Shown piece after piece: positions 23,701-36,766 of a DNA stretch of 64,000 nucleotides. The notes under the pieces were generated by a model, which was not told where the DNA came from, searched no databases, and saw nothing but the letters and a program-made list of their open reading frames with translations. The DNA is from Anolis carolinensis (taxonomy: Eukaryota): contig NC_085841.1 of the NCBI RefSeq assembly GCF_035594765.1, positions 242,130,689 to 242,194,688 on the forward strand, read 5' to 3'. The translations under genes and the position numbers were made by a program. The number at the start of each line of letters is the position of its first letter. Position 1 is the first letter of the stretch.

Positions 23701-25067
23701 AAGAACATCAGTGTGCATATGTCCCAGTGACGGTCTCCAAATTCATTCTGTGTGCAACCAATAGAAACTGGGCGACCTGCTTATTGTAGGCTCATAATAC
23801 CAGAATCATTGATTAGAACATCTTCATTTTTGCTCTTTGCTGAAATTCATCTGGGCACCTCCAGCAGGATTTCCTTCATAGTAAACACTATAGTCTGAAT
23901 TTGAAAAAGCATTCTTTTTGGTAGGGGTCTTGTTGGAAAATGAATCAGATGATTACCCTGTTATTTTGAGTTCCATAGTTCAGACATCGTTGAACAATGA
24001 CTTGCTTGTATTCATCATCAGGATTCAAGGAGCTGTAGTTTTAAACTGTTTTTAAAATGCTCATTCTCTGTCAGAATACAAGAGAATGATTTCCCTTTTA
24101 ACATGTTTAAAATAGGTTTATTCATTTTTGAGTACTATTTACAATTAAATGGGAAGGTTATCTTGCAACGGTTAGCCAGGTACAAAGCCTGCGAAGGGTT
24201 AAAATAACAGAATTCAACCTAGAAAGGAAACAGAAAGGAGGAAGTAGCTGGATTTCAGAGAAAGTAGCTTCAAGATCGTCTTTCCTTTTTGGTAACTAAA
24301 GAGCTTTTTCTTCTTTCTTTCTCACTCTTTTGGTCTTTTAGCGATGGAGACAGATGGGAATGATCGAGGAAGCTACAAAGGAAAATCTGCAGACTGAACC
24401 CCAAAGAGGTATGACCAACTGGCATGTAGGTAGATTAAATGAGGACGTTCTCTTTGCCCTACTTCTTTGTATATTTTGAAAAGCTGTTTGTAGATTAGGT
24501 ACATAGTAATGATTTGCAATGAAAGATGATGCCCAAGGAAACATTTTATTGCATTTGCACATGGTAAAGTTGCTCGTAACTTCTGGAACCTTCTACCGAA
24601 TGTACTTTCTCCCTCTTTTTAATAAGATATCTCTTGAAGCTTTTTAAGGGAGAGAGATGCATACATTTAAGACTTCAACATCAGTTATTTGAGGGTACCT
24701 ACATTTGGGAGGGATAGATTTTAAAGTTGAATTGAACACCTGGAAAATTTAATATCTGTCTCTGTTAAAGGAAATAATTTTTGGGAGATATTTTACAGGG
24801 AAGAGGATACCTCTGTCTCTTTGGGTGCTAAGGGTGCATTCTATTGGTAGAGACAACAGTAACCAGTCCAAGAACAAAAAAATGTACTTTGGGAATTCCC
24901 AGGAAACAAAAAAAGAGATCTGAAGGAGGTTTTGTGGCCCCACAATCTGCACTGCCATTGTAGAGTGGTGATTCACCCTAGATGTACTATGACTTTTTGA
25001 TTTTGATTCATTTGTTCATTAATTTTCTGTTTGGTTTAACACTCTACACAGGTCCAATACTTCCAGG

Positions 25068-26147
25068 ATGGGTGATGTCCTGACCTTTGATGGGGATATT
25101 ACTGAATTATTTGACTATTTAAATTACTCTTACGAGTCCACACTCAACCCTGACAGTGCACCAGGACCCTGCCGACCTAAAAGTGCATCAGCTCTGATCA
25201 GATACTTTGTGGCATTCCTCTATTGCTTGGTATGCTTATTCAGCCTGGTAGGAAATGCCTTGGTGGTTCTGGTGGTCACCTACAACAAAGGAAACAGGCC
25301 TGTGACTGATGTGTACCTCCTAAACCTAGCCATTGCAGATCTAATCTTTGCCCTCACCTTGCCCATCTGGGCTATTTTCCGAGCTCATGAATGGATCTTT
25401 GGAACTGCCATGTGTAAAATCATCTCAGCCATGAAGGAAGTCAATTTCTACAGTGGAATCCTCTTGTTGGCTTTCATCAGCATTGACCGCTACTTGGCAA
25501 TAGTGTATGCTACCCATCATGTTACTGAAAAGAGACACTGGGTCAAATTTGTCTGTGTTGGCATCTGGGTGTTCTCCCTCCTCCTTTCATTGCCTATGAT
25601 TACCTACCGTGAAGTTGTCCATGCACCTAATTCTGCTCAGATGGTTTGTTATGAGAATATTGGAGGGAATGAAACAACTAAATGGAGAGTGGTGCTGAGA
25701 ATCCTGCCTCAAACCTTTGGCTTCCTTGTGCCTTTGGCCGTCATGCTTTTTTGCTATGGGGTGACAGTGCATAGACTTTTCCAGATGAAGAATAATCAGA
25801 AAAAGAAAGCTATGAAAGTCATCCTGGTTGTGGTGCTGGTCTTCCTCTTTTGTTGGCTACCTTACAATATCTCCCTACTTATTGATACCTTGATGAGGAC
25901 CAGAGTCATTGCTGAGACCTGTGGACTCCAGGATGCCATTGATGCTGCCCTTTTAGGCACAGAGATCCTGGGGTTTTCTCACAGCTGTATGAACCCCATC
26001 ATCTATGCCTTTATAGGGCAGAAGTTCCGAAACAACTTCCTCAAGATCCTAGTCACACGAGGCATCATCAGTAAAGAAGTCCTGATTCGTTACCGGAAGG
26101 GCTCGACCTTCTCATCTACATCTGGCAATACCTCAACAACACTATAA
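25068..26147 (+). CDS. CXCR1: C-X-C chemokine receptor type 1/2-like (IL-8 receptor), copy B, 359 aa
   Basis: Same motifs as copy A, intact ORF, acceptor ctacacag| at 25051/25052, C-terminal STTL. Symbol is nominal; the two copies look like lineage-level paralogues. Confidence 0.93.
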   Translation: MGDVLTFDGDITELFDYLNYSYESTLNPDSAPGPCRPKSASALIRYFVAFLYCLVCLFSLVGNALVVLVVTYNKGNRPVTDVYLLNLAIADLIFALTLPIWAIFRAHEWIFGTAMCKIISAMKEVNFYSGILLLAFISIDRYLAIVYATHHVTEKRHWVKFVCVGIWVFSLLLSLPMITYREVVHAPNSAQMVCYENIGGNETTKWRVVLRILPQTFGFLVPLAVMLFCYGVTVHRLFQMKNNQKKKAMKVILVVVLVFLFCWLPYNISLLIDTLMRTRVIAETCGLQDAIDAALLGTEILGFSHSCMNPIIYAFIGQKFRNNFLKILVTRGIISKEVLIRYRKGSTFSSTSGNTSTTL

Positions 26148-28910
26148 TGTCCATGTTGTGAAGACAGGATGGAAGAGAGGACAGCTGAATACATTGTCCA
26201 TCTGCTGTTCAACTCAGAATATTAGTAAATACTAAGGCTGAGACTGCAATGAGAGCTCCCTTTTAAAGGTACTGGCACTACCTTTCCAGTGCAATACTTT
26301 CTGCCACACATCCTAAGGTCAGAAATTGGCAAGGACAAATGGGAGGTCCATGTAACGCTTCACATATTGTTGAAATGTGACACTTAGCATCTCTAGCTCA
26401 CAGAAAAGAAAGTGAGAGATGCTAGCAGGTACAACTGAACACCTGGAGGGGTGCACCATTCCCACCTCTGCTGTAGGCTTTGCAGACTAATTGTTCATTC
26501 CAGTCATTAGGTACTGAGATTGCCCCATGTCCTCCACAGTGGGAGAAAGTGCAGAGGAAATGAACCTAGGGACATTTCTACATTGACCCTAAAAGTGAGC
26601 TTGAACCAGAATCCCAGATTCCATTTTGAGCCTGGTTGATGGTCTAAAAGGGAATCATTAAGCTGCCTCGGGGTGAGAGAGAGTTCCTACTACTTTAGGA
26701 TTTGGGTTGTCCCCCATGTCAATGTAACCTAGGGCAAAGCCATGTAAGTTTTGCCTCGAGTTAACCTGAATCAGCCTTGCATGATGTGTATTGTGGGGAT
26801 GACCAAATTACTCACTGACCTAATTGGTCAGTGTAGATCTGCCCAAGGTCTTTGAGGCACCAAATAGAAATCTGGTACTTTAGTTGAGGACCAACGTTAG
26901 CTTGTATGTTTGGCATCTCTTAGCCAAGAATTCCCTATACAACCTTTACCTTTACAACAAACAAGTGGCATATAATGGGGGGGGGGGGGGGTCTGAGAAG
27001 GGATGGGGTTGGGAGGGGGGAAGATTTCTGGGCTCCCTATGGGTTTTCCAGTTGTTGTTGGACAGCGACTCTTACCATTGGCTTGTAATGTATAAAAAGA
27101 GTTTTAGTTTAGCAATTTTGAAGGGTAAATTGTTCCCATTCTTGATCTAAAATGCAAAGTATTTCCTTTTGTGTTCATTCTTAAGATTGCTTTCAGAGTG
27201 GTTTCTTTTAAGCTGCGCAACATGACATAAAATTTTTAAAAAGCAGTTACTCAGTTCTCTGTGTTTGCATGTTTTAATAAGTTGCTTCTAGTTCTAAGGA
27301 AACACAACCTGTAAGAAGAACTTCTTTTTTATTCCCTGATGCTGCCATTCCTCCTTTCCACATCAGGAAAACTAGGCAAGGGTGCTTTAATATAATGTTT
27401 TAGAAATTTCCAGTGGACAGTGAAATGTTCTGAAATGTGAATAAATTTCAGATGTTTGCAAGGGAACTTTGGAGGTGTTTGAGCAAGAACACCACCTCAT
27501 AGCCTTGTAATATACTGGTTTGCTGAAAGAATTATGTGTGGAAGCTGTGGCATATTTTCAGTCATCTCTTTAGATTTCTTGATGTTGCTTCTTGTAGTGA
27601 TGACTGAATCCTCTTTCAACTCAATCACAAATGAGCTGCAACTTGTGAGCATTAGCTATGAACTGGTGGATGGATACAATGTTCTCATTTCTAAGAAAAG
27701 AAAATATCTTTTGTTTTGCATTTTGGACTAGGGTGGTATTGGCTCATCCATAGTTTGGCACTGATGCTTTGCAATTGCAGTTCAAGGAAAGGAAGCACAT
27801 TGCCTAGGCAACCATTCAGTACTTTGTGTATACATATATTGTATGTGGGATGCATGTATTGCCTTGCACTGTGACTGATTTATTTGGGAATTTTTTACAT
27901 TTTGTATATTCACAAAGCACACTTCTCTTTGCTTCTCCGAGCCTTCCAAACAGCTGGGGTTGCAAGAGTTATTTTTGTAAAGGCTGTATTTCAGCAAAGT
28001 AATATCCGCCTCTTGAAGAGAGCAAGACAAGTTACTATTCTGGTCTGTGTATTACACACCCAGTTCTTAAACTTTTGAATCAATTTCAGTACCAAATGTT
28101 CAACCGTTACCGATGCAGACAATTGCTTGTTAAAGTGCTTCTTTTGTAGAATTCTGCCGCCATTTCACAATAGTTTAGGCTTAAGATCAGCTTGGTAAAC
28201 ATCCCACAAAAGTTATTAGCTTGCTTGTCATCAATGGAGAACAGATTTATTTATATTCACCCGTAGTCTATTTCTATGCAGATATGGGAAATGGAACAGG
28301 CCTCCCTCCTCTGTCACACAGATTTGAAATCTAGAGAAATTGTCACAGAAATTTTAAGAAATTGTTCCAAAGATTTTAAGAGTTCATTAAGAGCATGACA
28401 AGATCATAATTTTTAAAGTAAAAACCAATTTGGACTTGGAATAGTGCTTTACTTAGCTCACTGCTCAGGGGAAAGGTCACTTGTCTTCAGATTCAAATTT
28501 CTTACTCCTTTGAGAGAACATCCACTAGTGGTCACATAGTCCCAGAACTTATAACTTAAGCTGGGAGTATTTTCTGTCTCCAAGAGCCATCAAATGTATT
28601 TTAGCTACTGTTTTAGGTACTGAGTGTTGCTGTTATGTCAGCAGAGCTATAGAAAAAGCCAAAAGCAACAGCAATAATTAAGTACCAGGGAATAAAATGG
28701 AGACATAAAACATATTTTGACTGCCATAGTTTTACCACCAAAGGCAATTTTATGATATATCTATGGTGAATTTACTCTGGAACTGTCTTCATAGAAATTA
28801 GATTAGCACCCAATCTGCTGTCATTCTGTAGGTTGGAAAAAAAACTTATTTTTTCAGCAGGCCTTTGAGAGCTGATTGCTCAGAGGAGAAGATCCTTTCT
28901 TTATGTACAA

Positions 28911-29483
28911 TCTATATATATATAAAAGAGTGATGGAATCCCGGTGACTGACAAAACAACAAAACTAAAGGCCCCCCAACCTCGAAATTTGACAACATAA
29001 CCCATCATCCACGCCTCCAGGTTGATACAACAAAAAGAAAAGAAAAATAAAGTCCTAATTAAAGGGAGAGGAATAATTGTTTTTATCCAATTGCTGCCAG
29101 TTAGAAGGCCAATCTCCGCCCACTTGGTCTCCTAGCAACCCACTCAGCCCAGGGGACAGGCAGAGTTAGGCCTCACTTAGGCAGCTTCTGCCAACCCTAA
29201 AGTTCAAAAATATGCAAATGAGAGTACATGAATAGGTACTGCTCCGGCGGGAAGGTAACGGCGCTCCATGCAGTCATACCACATGACCTTGGAGGAGTCT
29301 ACGGACAACGCCAGCTCTTTGGCTTAGAAATGGAGATGACCACCAACCCCTAAAGTCAGACACGACTGAACTTAATGTCAGGGGAAAACCTTTACCCTTT
29401 ACCTAACTACCACCAATTCCTCAATACTTTATTTCCCATACCACCATACTTCGTCACAGCAACACGTGGCCGGGCACAGCTAA
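28911..29483 (+). mobile_element. Non-autonomous Helitron, 573 bp, containing a Sauria SINE 3' part
   Basis: A|TCTATATATATAAAA 5' end; gtggccgggcacag-CTAA|T 3' end; no target duplication. Confidence 0.85.
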
Positions 29484-30386
29484 TATTGTCTATATTTGTT
29501 GTTTTTCTTTTTAATGTCCATGTTTTTAATTCTATGGAAAGTTTATGCACTGTATAAATAATAAACCTTTGAATTGCATGAGCTGTATCTGTTTTAATTT
29601 TTGCAAGGTACTTCAACTCTTAAAACAGTGAAAACATTGATTAAATAAATAAAGATCACCATTACCATAATCATTGTTGTTATCAAGAAGTAAATTATGT
29701 CATTAGTGAAGAAGAAGCGACAGCCAATGCTATACCTTGTTAAATGCCTGTCTTCCCAGAATTACTTGCACTTCATAATTTTTTTACAAGTGTAAATTGC
29801 TTTCTGGAAATACCTTTCCTTCTTTGACTATAAGCCACAAGTATTCCTCTTACATGTGCCATTTTGTAAATGGCAGCAATAATTGTGTTAAGAAAAAATG
29901 GCTTTTGTCTGCGATACCAGGACTGAACCTGAAACAACAAAATGAAATTGGAAGACCAGTATGACCTGGATGAATCCATACAAGTAATGACAATGATAAG
30001 AGCTAAAAGAGATGGGAAAGGAGTTAATCAGAATTAAAATGTTGGCCACTCTGGGCCTTTTCAACAGAGATGAATAACTCATAAATTACTGTAAAACTAT
30101 AGTACTATTATTTGTTCAGCCTTGGTGCTGATGTTGACATGCAAATTAGGAATAAAACCAGAGGCAGGAAAACTGAAGACAGAATTTATTTATTCATTTA
30201 TTTATCTATCACGTCAGAAGTGAATTGAGAATTGCTTCATTTGTTTGCTTCACTTTTTACTAGAAGTCCAAGATTCACCAATCATTATGGGCCCTTTTAC
30301 ACTACATAATTATGGCATTAGCATCCTAGTTTAACTGCCAGGGCAACTTGGAGTCCTGGGATTCATAGTTATGGGAGGCTCTAGAG

Positions 30387-30508
30387 CCGTTTTTCTCAAA
30401 CTTAGGTCCTCCAGATATTTTAGACTTCAGCTTTCAAAATTTCTGACTGTTGACCAAGTCAGCTAGGTTTTCTGGAAGTAGATATCTAAAGCATCTTGGG
30501 AATCATTG
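30387..30508. mobile_element. hAT (Charlie-type) MITE, older
   Basis: Degenerate palindrome between CTCTAGAG copies at 30379 and 30509. Confidence 0.7.
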
Positions 30509-30516
30509 CTCTAGAG

Positions 30517-30639
30517 CAGTGGTTCTCAACCTGTGGGCCACCAAGTGTTTTGGCCTGCAATTCCCAGAAATCCCAGCTGTTGGGATTTCTGGAAGTTGAA
30601 GGCCAAAACATCTGGGGACCCACAGGTTGAGAACCACTG
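30517..30639. mobile_element. hAT (Charlie-type) MITE
   Basis: TIR CAGTGGTTCTCAACCTGTGGG at both ends; 8-bp duplication CTCTAGAG. Confidence 0.92.
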
Positions 30640-30885
30640 CTCTAGAGCTCACTGGCTGAGAATACTGAATTCCAAATTTTGGGATTCAGTAGGATGGAGT
30701 CATGGCAGTTGAAGTGGAAATTAGAGTGCTATGGCTGAAAAACATCAGCAATGTGTTTTTAACTTTAGTCAAGAAAAATAGCTTAATTAGACAATTGCTT
30801 ATCAGAAACACTTGCTAATCTACTGGAAATCAGTCTGACTGCTATCAGCAGTACCAGGTAGTGGAAAATCGCATCTGATACAGGA

Positions 30886-31620
30886 AGAGTCGCACAGTGG
30901 GTTAAAGCACTGATCTGCTGAACACGCTGACTGAAAGGTTGGCGGTTCGAATCCAGGGAGCGGGGTGAGCTCCCGTTGTTAGCCCCAGCTTGTGCCAACC
31001 TACCGTGTTTCCCCGAAAATAAGACAGTGTCTTAATTTTTGCTCCCAAAGATGCACTAGGTCTTATTTTCAGGGGATGTCTTATTTTTCCATGAAGAATT
31101 CACATTTATTGTTGAACAAAAAATGAACATTATATACTGTACAGTAGTTGTCATCACAAACCAGCATAACCAGACAAACTGTGAATCCTATCAAGAATTT
31201 CTTGTTACTGTCAATATTTCAATGTACAACACTCTGTGGTACCTACATTTACTGATCCTGCATGCTCTGGTGTTCTGTTCGATGGGCATGCTTCCAAACA
31301 AAAACTTTGCTAGATCTTACTTTTGGGGGAGGCCTTATATTTAGCAATTCAGCAAAACCTCTACTAGGTCTTATTTTCTGGGGATGTCTTATTTTAGGGA
31401 AAACAGGGTAGCAGTTTGAAAACATGCAAATGTGAGTAGATAGGTAATGCTCTGGTGGGAAGGTAACAGCGCTCCATGCAGTCATACCGGCCACATGACC
31501 TTGGAGGTGTTTACGGACAATGCCGGCTCTTCGGCTTAGAAATGGAGATGAGCACCAACCCCCAGAGTTGGACATGACTAGACTTAATATTAGGGGAAAC
31601 CTTTACCTTTACCTTTACCT
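30886..31620 (+). mobile_element. Sauria SINE split by a pogo-type MITE
   Basis: gccaaccTA|insert|TAgcagtt reconstitutes the SINE; ACCTTT tail. Confidence 0.9.
31003..31408. mobile_element. pogo/Tigger-type MITE, 406 bp
   Basis: TIR CCGTGTTTCCCCGAAAATAAGACA / TGTCTTATTTTAGGGAAAACAGGG; TA duplication. Confidence 0.9.
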
Positions 31621-32767
31621 ACAGGAAGAGAAACAGATCAGATCAGATCATGACACTTTTGATATCCTTCTCCTGTGAAAAACAAGGCTAGTTATCTGGT
31701 TATCACACTGTTCATTTGTTTCAGGTTTTTCTGTTAAAAATCTCTTCACCTATACTTATTCCATTGTAATCATGTTATTATTCCATTATGTCATAGGGTT
31801 TCAAAATTCTATATGTATATGTGCCTTCAAGTCATTTGTAGATTTATGTTGACCCCATTAATTTTTCATAGGGTTTTCTTAGACAAAGAGTAAGAGGCGG
31901 GCAGTGTTTCCCCTGTGAAACATAGACTACAGCACCTGGTATTTGTTGGGATCTCCTATACAATCACTAAAGGGCACTGATCCCTCTTAGTTTCCAAGTT
32001 CAGAGAGTATCTGGTGCCCTTATGATATTTAGAGAAAAGTGTAGAGTATAAAAAACACAACTGCATATTCTCTTGGAAAATCTTGTCATTCTTATCCAAG
32101 CATTGGAACCATCTGAGGCTTCCCTGCTGGAGATTTTCTTTGGATCCAGACTCACCCACACTCACAATAGAGGGCAATGAGACTTCAGCATTCAAACTGG
32201 TTACTGAATCAAACTGGTTACTGAAGTAGCTAGCCAAGGATGTGTGTATCATTCCCAGCTTATTTCCAGCATGAAAAAATAGCATTCCCAAAAACTGGAT
32301 TGCAGAACTCTGAACAACACACGAACCGTGACATTATGTGATAAGGCTGAGACAAAATCAAGACTAAACCACGGCTATGATGATATAACAGTGTGGTATG
32401 ATAAGGAACAGTTTTACTGAGACACTGATTGAAGATACGTTAAGGCAATCACTACAGTGTGGTCCAAATGAAATTGATAACATTTATGTAATTCTGAACA
32501 TTGTAACAACACTGAGTTAGGAAAGGTAGAAGTTCATAAGTGCCAATGTGCAAAAAGGAGGGCAGTGTGTAGTTGCATTGTCTGCATCAACATAATAGGA
32601 TCTAAAACAGTTTGACATATCTTGATGTATGTGCTCTCCTTCACAAAAATGGACCAGTCATATACCAATAAGTAGCCTCAATAATATATTATTGATATTA
32701 GGTCAGGAAAACTAACAGGGAAGAGTAGTCATTTACATTTTCTGCCATTTTATCTTCTTCTCATCTA

Positions 32768-33073
32768 CAGTAGAGTCTCACTTATCCAAGCTAAACGGGC
32801 TGGCAGAAGCTTGGATAAGCAAATATCTTGGATAATAAGGAGGGATTAAGGAAAAGCCTATTAAACATCAAATTAGGTTATGATTTTACAAATTAAGCAC
32901 CAAAACATCATGTTATACAACAAATTTGACAGAAAAAGTAGTTCAATATGCAGTAATGTTATGTTGTAATTACTGTATTTACAAATTTAGCACCAAAATA
33001 TCACAATATATTGAAAACATTTACTACAAAAATGGCTTGGATAAGCGAGGCTTGGATAAGTGAGACTCTACTG
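32768..33073. mobile_element. Tc1/Mariner-superfamily MITE (CAGTAGAGTCTC TIR)
   Basis: TIRs and TA duplication. Confidence 0.92.
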
Positions 33074-33286
33074 TATTTATTTTAAGAAACCACCTTGTTC
33101 TTCCTTAAAGACCATATTGCCAACTGCACGAAAACCCCATTTCCTATTACACATTTTATTTTCCAACCCATCAAAAGTATCTGACTACATACTGGTGTAA
33201 TGTCTGAGGCATCCACAAGATATTTACAAGGAAACCCTGAAGTGTACATCATACAGTCTCTGCAGTTTAATATCACTTGAATGATA

Positions 33287-34313
33287 TCCTTTAGAAATAA
33301 AAATGTAATGTGACCCTTTAGAAGGGTAGGCTCCGCCCACTTCGTCTCCTAGCAACCCACGAAGCACCAGTGGCGCCAGAGCCTCTTCACTCAGGCCACT
33401 GCCTATAAAATACAGATTATCTGATTTGAACTGGATTATATGGCAATGTAGACTCAAGGCCCTTCCACACACCTATATAACCCAGAATGCCAAGGCAGAT
33501 AAACCACAGTATCTGCTTTGAACTGGATTATCTTGAGTCCACACTGCCATATAACCCAATTCAGTGTGGATTTTATACAGTTGTGTAGAACAGGCCTCAT
33601 ATAATCCAGTTCTAAACAGATTATATCAGATTGTAAATATAATATGTAATAATTACTCTGTTATAATAATACAGAACAATATAATCTTTAAAATCAGGAC
33701 AGTAAATAAAGAGCAACACTCGGAAAACAGGGGAATTCCAGAAAGGAAACAATCAGGGCCAGCTAACACCTTCAACAAAGGAATCCTCCAGACAGGAAGC
33801 AGACAGACTTTGAAGCTCAAGGCCATTACATGCTAATCAAGGGGACTAATTGCAGCATTCATACTTGATGCACTTAGACTATTCATTGCCATTCAACCTG
33901 GCCAACCAAGGATTCCATAAGGTAGAAAGTGGCCAGGCTTACAAGGAGCAAGGCTATTCAGTGCTGTTCAACCTGACCAACCAAGATTTCCCCTAGATAG
34001 AAAACCCTCAGGTTTTGAAGCCACGAGGCTACTCTGTCCCATTCAACCTGCCCAAGGAAGGTTGCCCATATATAGAAAGCAACCAGGCTTTGTAGCAGCG
34101 AGGCTATTAATTGCCATTCCAGCAGCCCCTAGAACGCAAGTACCCAGCCTTCCTAGCAGCAAGCCTATTCCATTGTATTCCAGCTCACCAAACAAGGATT
34201 CCCATAAGAAGAAAACGGCCAGGCTTTGAGGCTGCAAGGCTATTCACTGATATTCCACCTGGTTAACAAATGATTCCCATAAGCTACAGCAACGTGTGGC
34301 CGGGCACAGCTAG
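33287..34313 (+). mobile_element. Non-autonomous Helitron with Penelope-derived tandem repeats
   Basis: 3' end cagcaacgtgtggccgggcacag-CTAG|T shared with 28911-29483; internal blocks shared with 47334-49630; ~60-bp repeats (ggattccc…ccaggcttt…aggctatt) at ~33780-34280. Confidence 0.82.
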
Positions 34314-34739
34314 TCCTTTAGAAATTTGGTGAAGGAATTCAAATTCTCACAGGAGAATCTCCAAAATTCAAAATTTCAAATTTCCATTGGAGGAATACTA
34401 CCATTTCAAGTAGCATTAAGCTTCTGTAAATGTGTGATGTTTATAACATAGATATTTCAAATTGCATACCTACTGCTTTGACTTATTGCTGTCCAGGTTC
34501 TATGTATCATGAGTTGAGCTCCCCAAACCCCATGGAGAGCCAGTTCTAAACAGATTATGTGATAAATGTCATTTTTTGATCATAAAGCAGTCATTCAAGT
34601 ATGACAATCCCATTTAACATTTTGCCAGTCCTCAGATTTCATGTCCACAGTGGCTGCTTATTTTTCACATTATGCAGAGTGTTGGATTTGGAGAAGTGAT
34701 AAGAAATCTCTGGGATTCCAGATTACTTTGGTCCATGAC

Positions 34740-35183
34740 TTATTTACATCTAGAATGGACTACTGCAATGCGCTCTGCGTGGGATTGCCTTTGAAGATGG
34801 CTCAGAAACTGTAGTTAGCGCAAAGGTTGGTGGCCAGATTACTAACTCGAGCTGGTTATAGGGACCATACCTCTAATAAAGCAGCTCCACTGGCTGCCAA
34901 TGAGTTTCCGGACTCAATTCAAAGTGCAGGTTATTACCTATAAGGACTTTACACTTAGGGTCCAACCTATATTTGAGACCAGATCTTTTTCTATGAAGCA
35001 TCACGGGCTTTAAGATCTACTGGGGCGGCCCTCCTCTCGGTCCCACCTCAGTCTCAAGTGTGGTTGGTGGGGACGAGATGTTATTGTTTCTGCACTTTTT
35101 GTATATTGCATGTTTTTAATGCTTTAGTGCTTTGTGAGCCACCCCAAGTCTCCCTGGGAGATGGTGGTGGGGTATAAATAAAG

Positions 35184-35233
<50 letters not shown>

Positions 35234-35235
35234 AT
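34740..35235 (+). mobile_element. L2 LINE 3' fragment with (GTT)n tail
   Basis: SRMDYCNAL..GLPL and LHWLP…FKV motifs; tail at 35183-35233. Confidence 0.8.
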
Positions 35236-35894
35236 TAATCTTACAATCCCCAAGCACTAACCCATCTAGTTGGTGATAACTACAGCCCAACATCTAGAAG
35301 GCTGTAGATTCCTCACCCTTGCTAGAGAATACTTTTTATTTTCTGCTTGACATCTTGGACACAACAAGGTGCTTTTGTAACCTTTACATGAGCTCTGCAC
35401 AATGATGATGTTCTCAGACTTTCATCCAGAGTCAACTGCAATCGAATGTTGTGAAGGAATTTCCAAAGGTTCTGTACACAAGAAGAGTCCAGGTCTCACG
35501 ATACTGCCGGCACACATCATTTCCAGGATGTCGAAGCAACTGTTACCCAACTGGCTTTTGCAAACTCCTGCACATCCTCCCAGTCTACTGTAAATTTCTG
35601 ACATCAGCCTGAGAGTACTGCTGAGAAATAACATCCTGGGAAAATAATGATGCCCAGATCATAACAAAATACGGCTACTTAGGAGGGCGCCCAGGTTGCA
35701 GCACTCAATTGTGTAGGGCAAATGGGGATGGGATAGGTCCCCATAGGACTCAATTTGCCCAATGACTAGGAATAAAATGGCATGCTTTCCTCCTGTACTT
35801 TTAGCAGTAGCTTGAGAGCTACAAAAATCAGCATATGATTTCTGTTTTCATAGTATGGATAGAAAGTGTGATAACATCCACAGATAAGGCTGTG

Positions 35895-35938
<44 letters not shown>

Positions 35939-36289
35939 GCATTAGCATTGCAGTAAAATCTCAATCAGTTGAGCATTTAAAAACAGATCAGAGATGCACA
36001 ATGGTATATAATTCACTTTAGAGTGTGCAGCACTATATCACATCTGAACATCTCTATTAGATGCATTGGAGCAGAAGCCAACAATGAGGTGTCCAGCAAC
36101 TCTATGAGTGGAATTACACTGGTTTAGTTTCAATTGGTGAATACTGTTGTTGTGGATCACCTGCTGGGGTAAGTAAGGAAGACAAGCCGCTTTCTTGATA
36201 ATTTCACCTCTTGGCTGGTCATCCAGGGAGGAGATGCAATTTGATCTAAAATAAAACCGTTTTAAAAAGTTTTAAACCGTTTCGGTCTT

Positions 36290-36565
36290 CCCCAGAGTAC
36301 TATTGTTATTAATAATATTAATATTAAATTAACACCAATTGGTACACATCAGATGTAATGGGGAAGCAGTCCTCTCTCAGACTCAGCTTAGGGTCCCAGA
36401 ATAACTATTGTTATTAATATTATTATTAGCACCCATTGGTACACATCAGATGTAATGGGGAAGCACTCCTCTCTCAGATTCAGCTTAGGGTCCCAGAGTA
36501 ACTATCGTTATTAATATTAATATTATTATTAACACCCATTGGTACACATCAGTTGTAATGGGAAA
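36290..36565. repeat. ~105-bp minisatellite, about 2.7 copies
   Basis: Unit cccagagt…tattgttattaat…attggtacacatcagatgtaatggggaagca…ctcagcttagggt repeats at ~36290, ~36395, ~36492. Confidence 0.9.
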
Positions 36566-36589
36566 GCAACCCTGTCAGTACCTGCTTAT

Positions 36590-36766
36590 TGTTATGGGGC
36601 CCAAACGAAAGGAAAACGAAAGCAAGCACGATGACTGCGCGGCTTTCATTTTTGTGTCGCTTCTCATTTCCTACGAAAATGTCATCACTCGTTTCGTGTA
36701 GACAAACGGTCAAAACGAAATGATAGCACAAAGGAAATGAAGGAAATTTTTTCATGCACATTTCTA
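36590..36766. mobile_element. Probable hAT element terminus
   Basis: Clustered AACGAAA subterminal repeats ending in tgcacatttCTA; matching left TIR not found. Confidence 0.5.

Noticed and set aside
36290-36565. CRISPR-like repeat array
   Set aside because: Eukaryotic minisatellite with no unique spacers.
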